From positions 34,410,001 through 34,474,000 of the forward strand of contig NC_058384.1 in assembly GCF_018350175.1 (NCBI RefSeq): 64,000 nt of DNA. The letters are read 5' to 3'. This document shows positions 62,101-64,000 of this stretch, one piece after another. The notes under the pieces are model-generated. The model was not told where the DNA came from. It saw nothing but the letters and a program-made list of their open reading frames with translations, and searched no databases. The position numbers were made by a program, and so were the translations under genes. Numbering within the stretch: the first letter of the stretch is position 1; each line of letters opens with the position of its first letter. The stretch is from Felis catus (taxonomy: Eukaryota).

Positions 62101-63509
62101 CACACATCTGGAAGTGCCACTCGTCCCAGAATTCCTCTCTCGTCCTCGAACAACTTAGATTTCGCTGTCTCCAGAACTCTCCGGACGCTTGATGCTCCAG
62201 AAGAAGCCAAACACCAAGAATCAACAGGACTTTTCCAATGGGAAGACTTCCAAAATCACCAAAGACTTGAATTACCTTCCCATAATTGGGAAAGTCCACC
62301 AAACAGCAGAGAAATGGTCTCTCTCTCTCTTTCTCCTCCGGCTTGCTAATCAAAATACTGTCTGCTCCCAATCCAAGGAATGTCATAAGGCCTATTCCCA
62401 ACGAGCTCAACCCCAGTAATTGGAAGCAGCCCTGCCTTGCCTTTGGTCTTGGGTATTTTCATCATTGGACTGTTTGAGCCAAGACATACGTTTTGCCAAG
62501 GAAAACTTTCCTTTGAAACCTCCATCTTATCCAAACAGAGAGTTGGAATTGACTCTTGGCAGTTCCAAAGATAGTTCTGAGTTATGAAAAAAATAGTACA
62601 TGTGTGTCAGCCAATCCATGAGATTGTCCCCGATCTGAGGGGGGGAAAAAACCAGCTTTGCCTATGAACCCATCTTTCCTTCCTGTAAACTGGTAAAGCC
62701 AATGCACCTGTAACTGTTCCTTTGAACATGACCCCCAAATCCTTCTACTCAAAGAGGTTTGTGAGGCAACAGAGCAGGGGGCGCTCCTATGAAAGGGAAG
62801 AGCTGGGGTATGGAAGAAATTTGGTTACATTCTTCAAGGGGAGACGTTGGAATTCCAGCTCTTGGCAAGAGTACAATTTGGGGAAGGTCTGGTGGAATCT
62901 GGGGAAGGACTTGGAGGGCTTGCAATGTTGGAAATCGCAGTGCTGGCAGGCATTATTTCCTTGGGGAGGGGAGCAGGTATTTGCAAAGGGAACCGTGTTT
63001 GTACCCGGAAGCTGATGAAAACATTTTGCAAATATTTGAACCAGTTGTCTTACCTGGAAAGCAGAGGGCACGTGATCGGCACGCTGCCTTCTGTAGGGGA
63101 GGGGCCAGGTGAGGGAGAGATGGGCCCTGATGGAGGAATTTCAGCCTCTGTGAGTTCCCGGCCCTGCTGCTCTTATCCTGGGTTCTTGGTTTCTCTTCTA
63201 GCTGCTTTCATAGCTCCTGGAGGTGAAGTACATCACGCTCAGGACGGTCACTTCAGCAGGGACGAAAACTACCTGGAGTCATAGAAGGTCATAATGAGAC
63301 ATGACCTTAAAGCCCGTGCAGTCAGATGGCACATCTCATGTGCCTAGAATGTGGCTGGAAGGCCCACACAGCACAGCGCACACCAATGACAGGACAGTCA
63401 CTGCCAAGAGCACAGCTCGGCGTGCAGGACTGCACAGGGCCTCATGCTCCCAAGTAGTAACCACACACCAAGGCACCCGAACCACTCTGCCTGTGTAGGG
63501 GCTGCGTAG

Positions 63510-63705
63510 TGCATCAGATCATGGGCTCAGAATGCTTGGGGCTCAACTCCCTGAGTTCAATCCCTGGTTCCACCACTTACTCCTAGGGGACCTTGGGCAA
63601 CCTCCCTGACCTGCCTTGCCTCAGTTCCTCATCTGTACAATAGGGATAAAGATAATACCCGCTTCGGGTGGTATTTGTGAAAATGAATTCATATAGGGAC
63701 ACACC
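63510..63705 (+). mobile_element. MIR
   Basis: gagttcaatccctggttccaccacttac...gaccttgggcaa...cctcagttcctcatctgtacaataggg. Confidence 0.85.
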
Positions 63706-63767
63706 TAGACTCCTGCTGTCCCACTGAATCAGCCAACAGAGATGTGTTTCTTTAAAAAAAAAAAAGC

Positions 63768-64000
63768 ACATTTTATTCTAAATAACTCTGTGTATATGCA
63801 AAAACATAAATATCAGTATAATAAACACTCATGTATCAAACTAGTCCAATGAATGCCTCACCTAGATTCAATAACGACCAATACGGTCATTCTTGCTCTA
63901 TCTACCCTCCACCCACCTCACCCCCATCCCAATTATTTTGAAGCGAATCATATTTAATCTTAAATTATTTCAGCGTGTATCTCTCAAAAGGGGGACTTTC
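63768..64000 (-). mobile_element. Old LINE-1 3' end (L1MC4/5-like), runs off window
   Basis: cacctagattcaataa; attattttgaagcgaatc; atttcagcgtgtatctctcaaaag. Confidence 0.7.

Noticed and set aside
62847-63284. 145 aa ORF with Ig VH-like words (MEF...VQ...LVESGEGL)
   Set aside because: Start codon is TTG; no leader intron, conserved Cys/Trp framework or RSS. Coincidental.
1-64000. CRISPR array, operon or other prokaryote-type system; named host gene
   Set aside because: The sequence is mammalian, has no regularly spaced repeat-spacer array, and has no exon that would let me name the locus.

Overview
Mammalian non-coding DNA, almost certainly from a cat-family (Felidae) genome. The window holds 17 tRNA-derived carnivore Can-SINEs, several of felid SINEC_Fc type with intact target-site duplications (TSDs). 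They sit on a background of ancient eutherian repeats (L2, MIR, L3/CR1, L1M, MLT1 LTRs, MER5/MER20/MER33 DNA transposons) and about ten long CA/GT microsatellites. There is a 255-N assembly gap at 608-862. I recognise no protein-coding exon, processed pseudogene, rRNA or true tRNA gene; the supplied ORFs are short chance frames or repeat-derived. The window looks like a large intron or intergenic interval with several repeat-free blocks that may be enhancers. I cannot support a new biological system here. The best leads are small-scale: a direct-inverted-direct micro-rearrangement (19290-19340), a long L3/CR1 relic with a decayed RT motif, a possible very old LINE 3' stem-loop (58423-58475), paired RFX X-boxes, two intact CREs 300 bp apart, a CACGTG cluster, and two near-identical young SINEs. 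Repeat family names come from recalled consensus sequences, and old-repeat boundaries are approximate.
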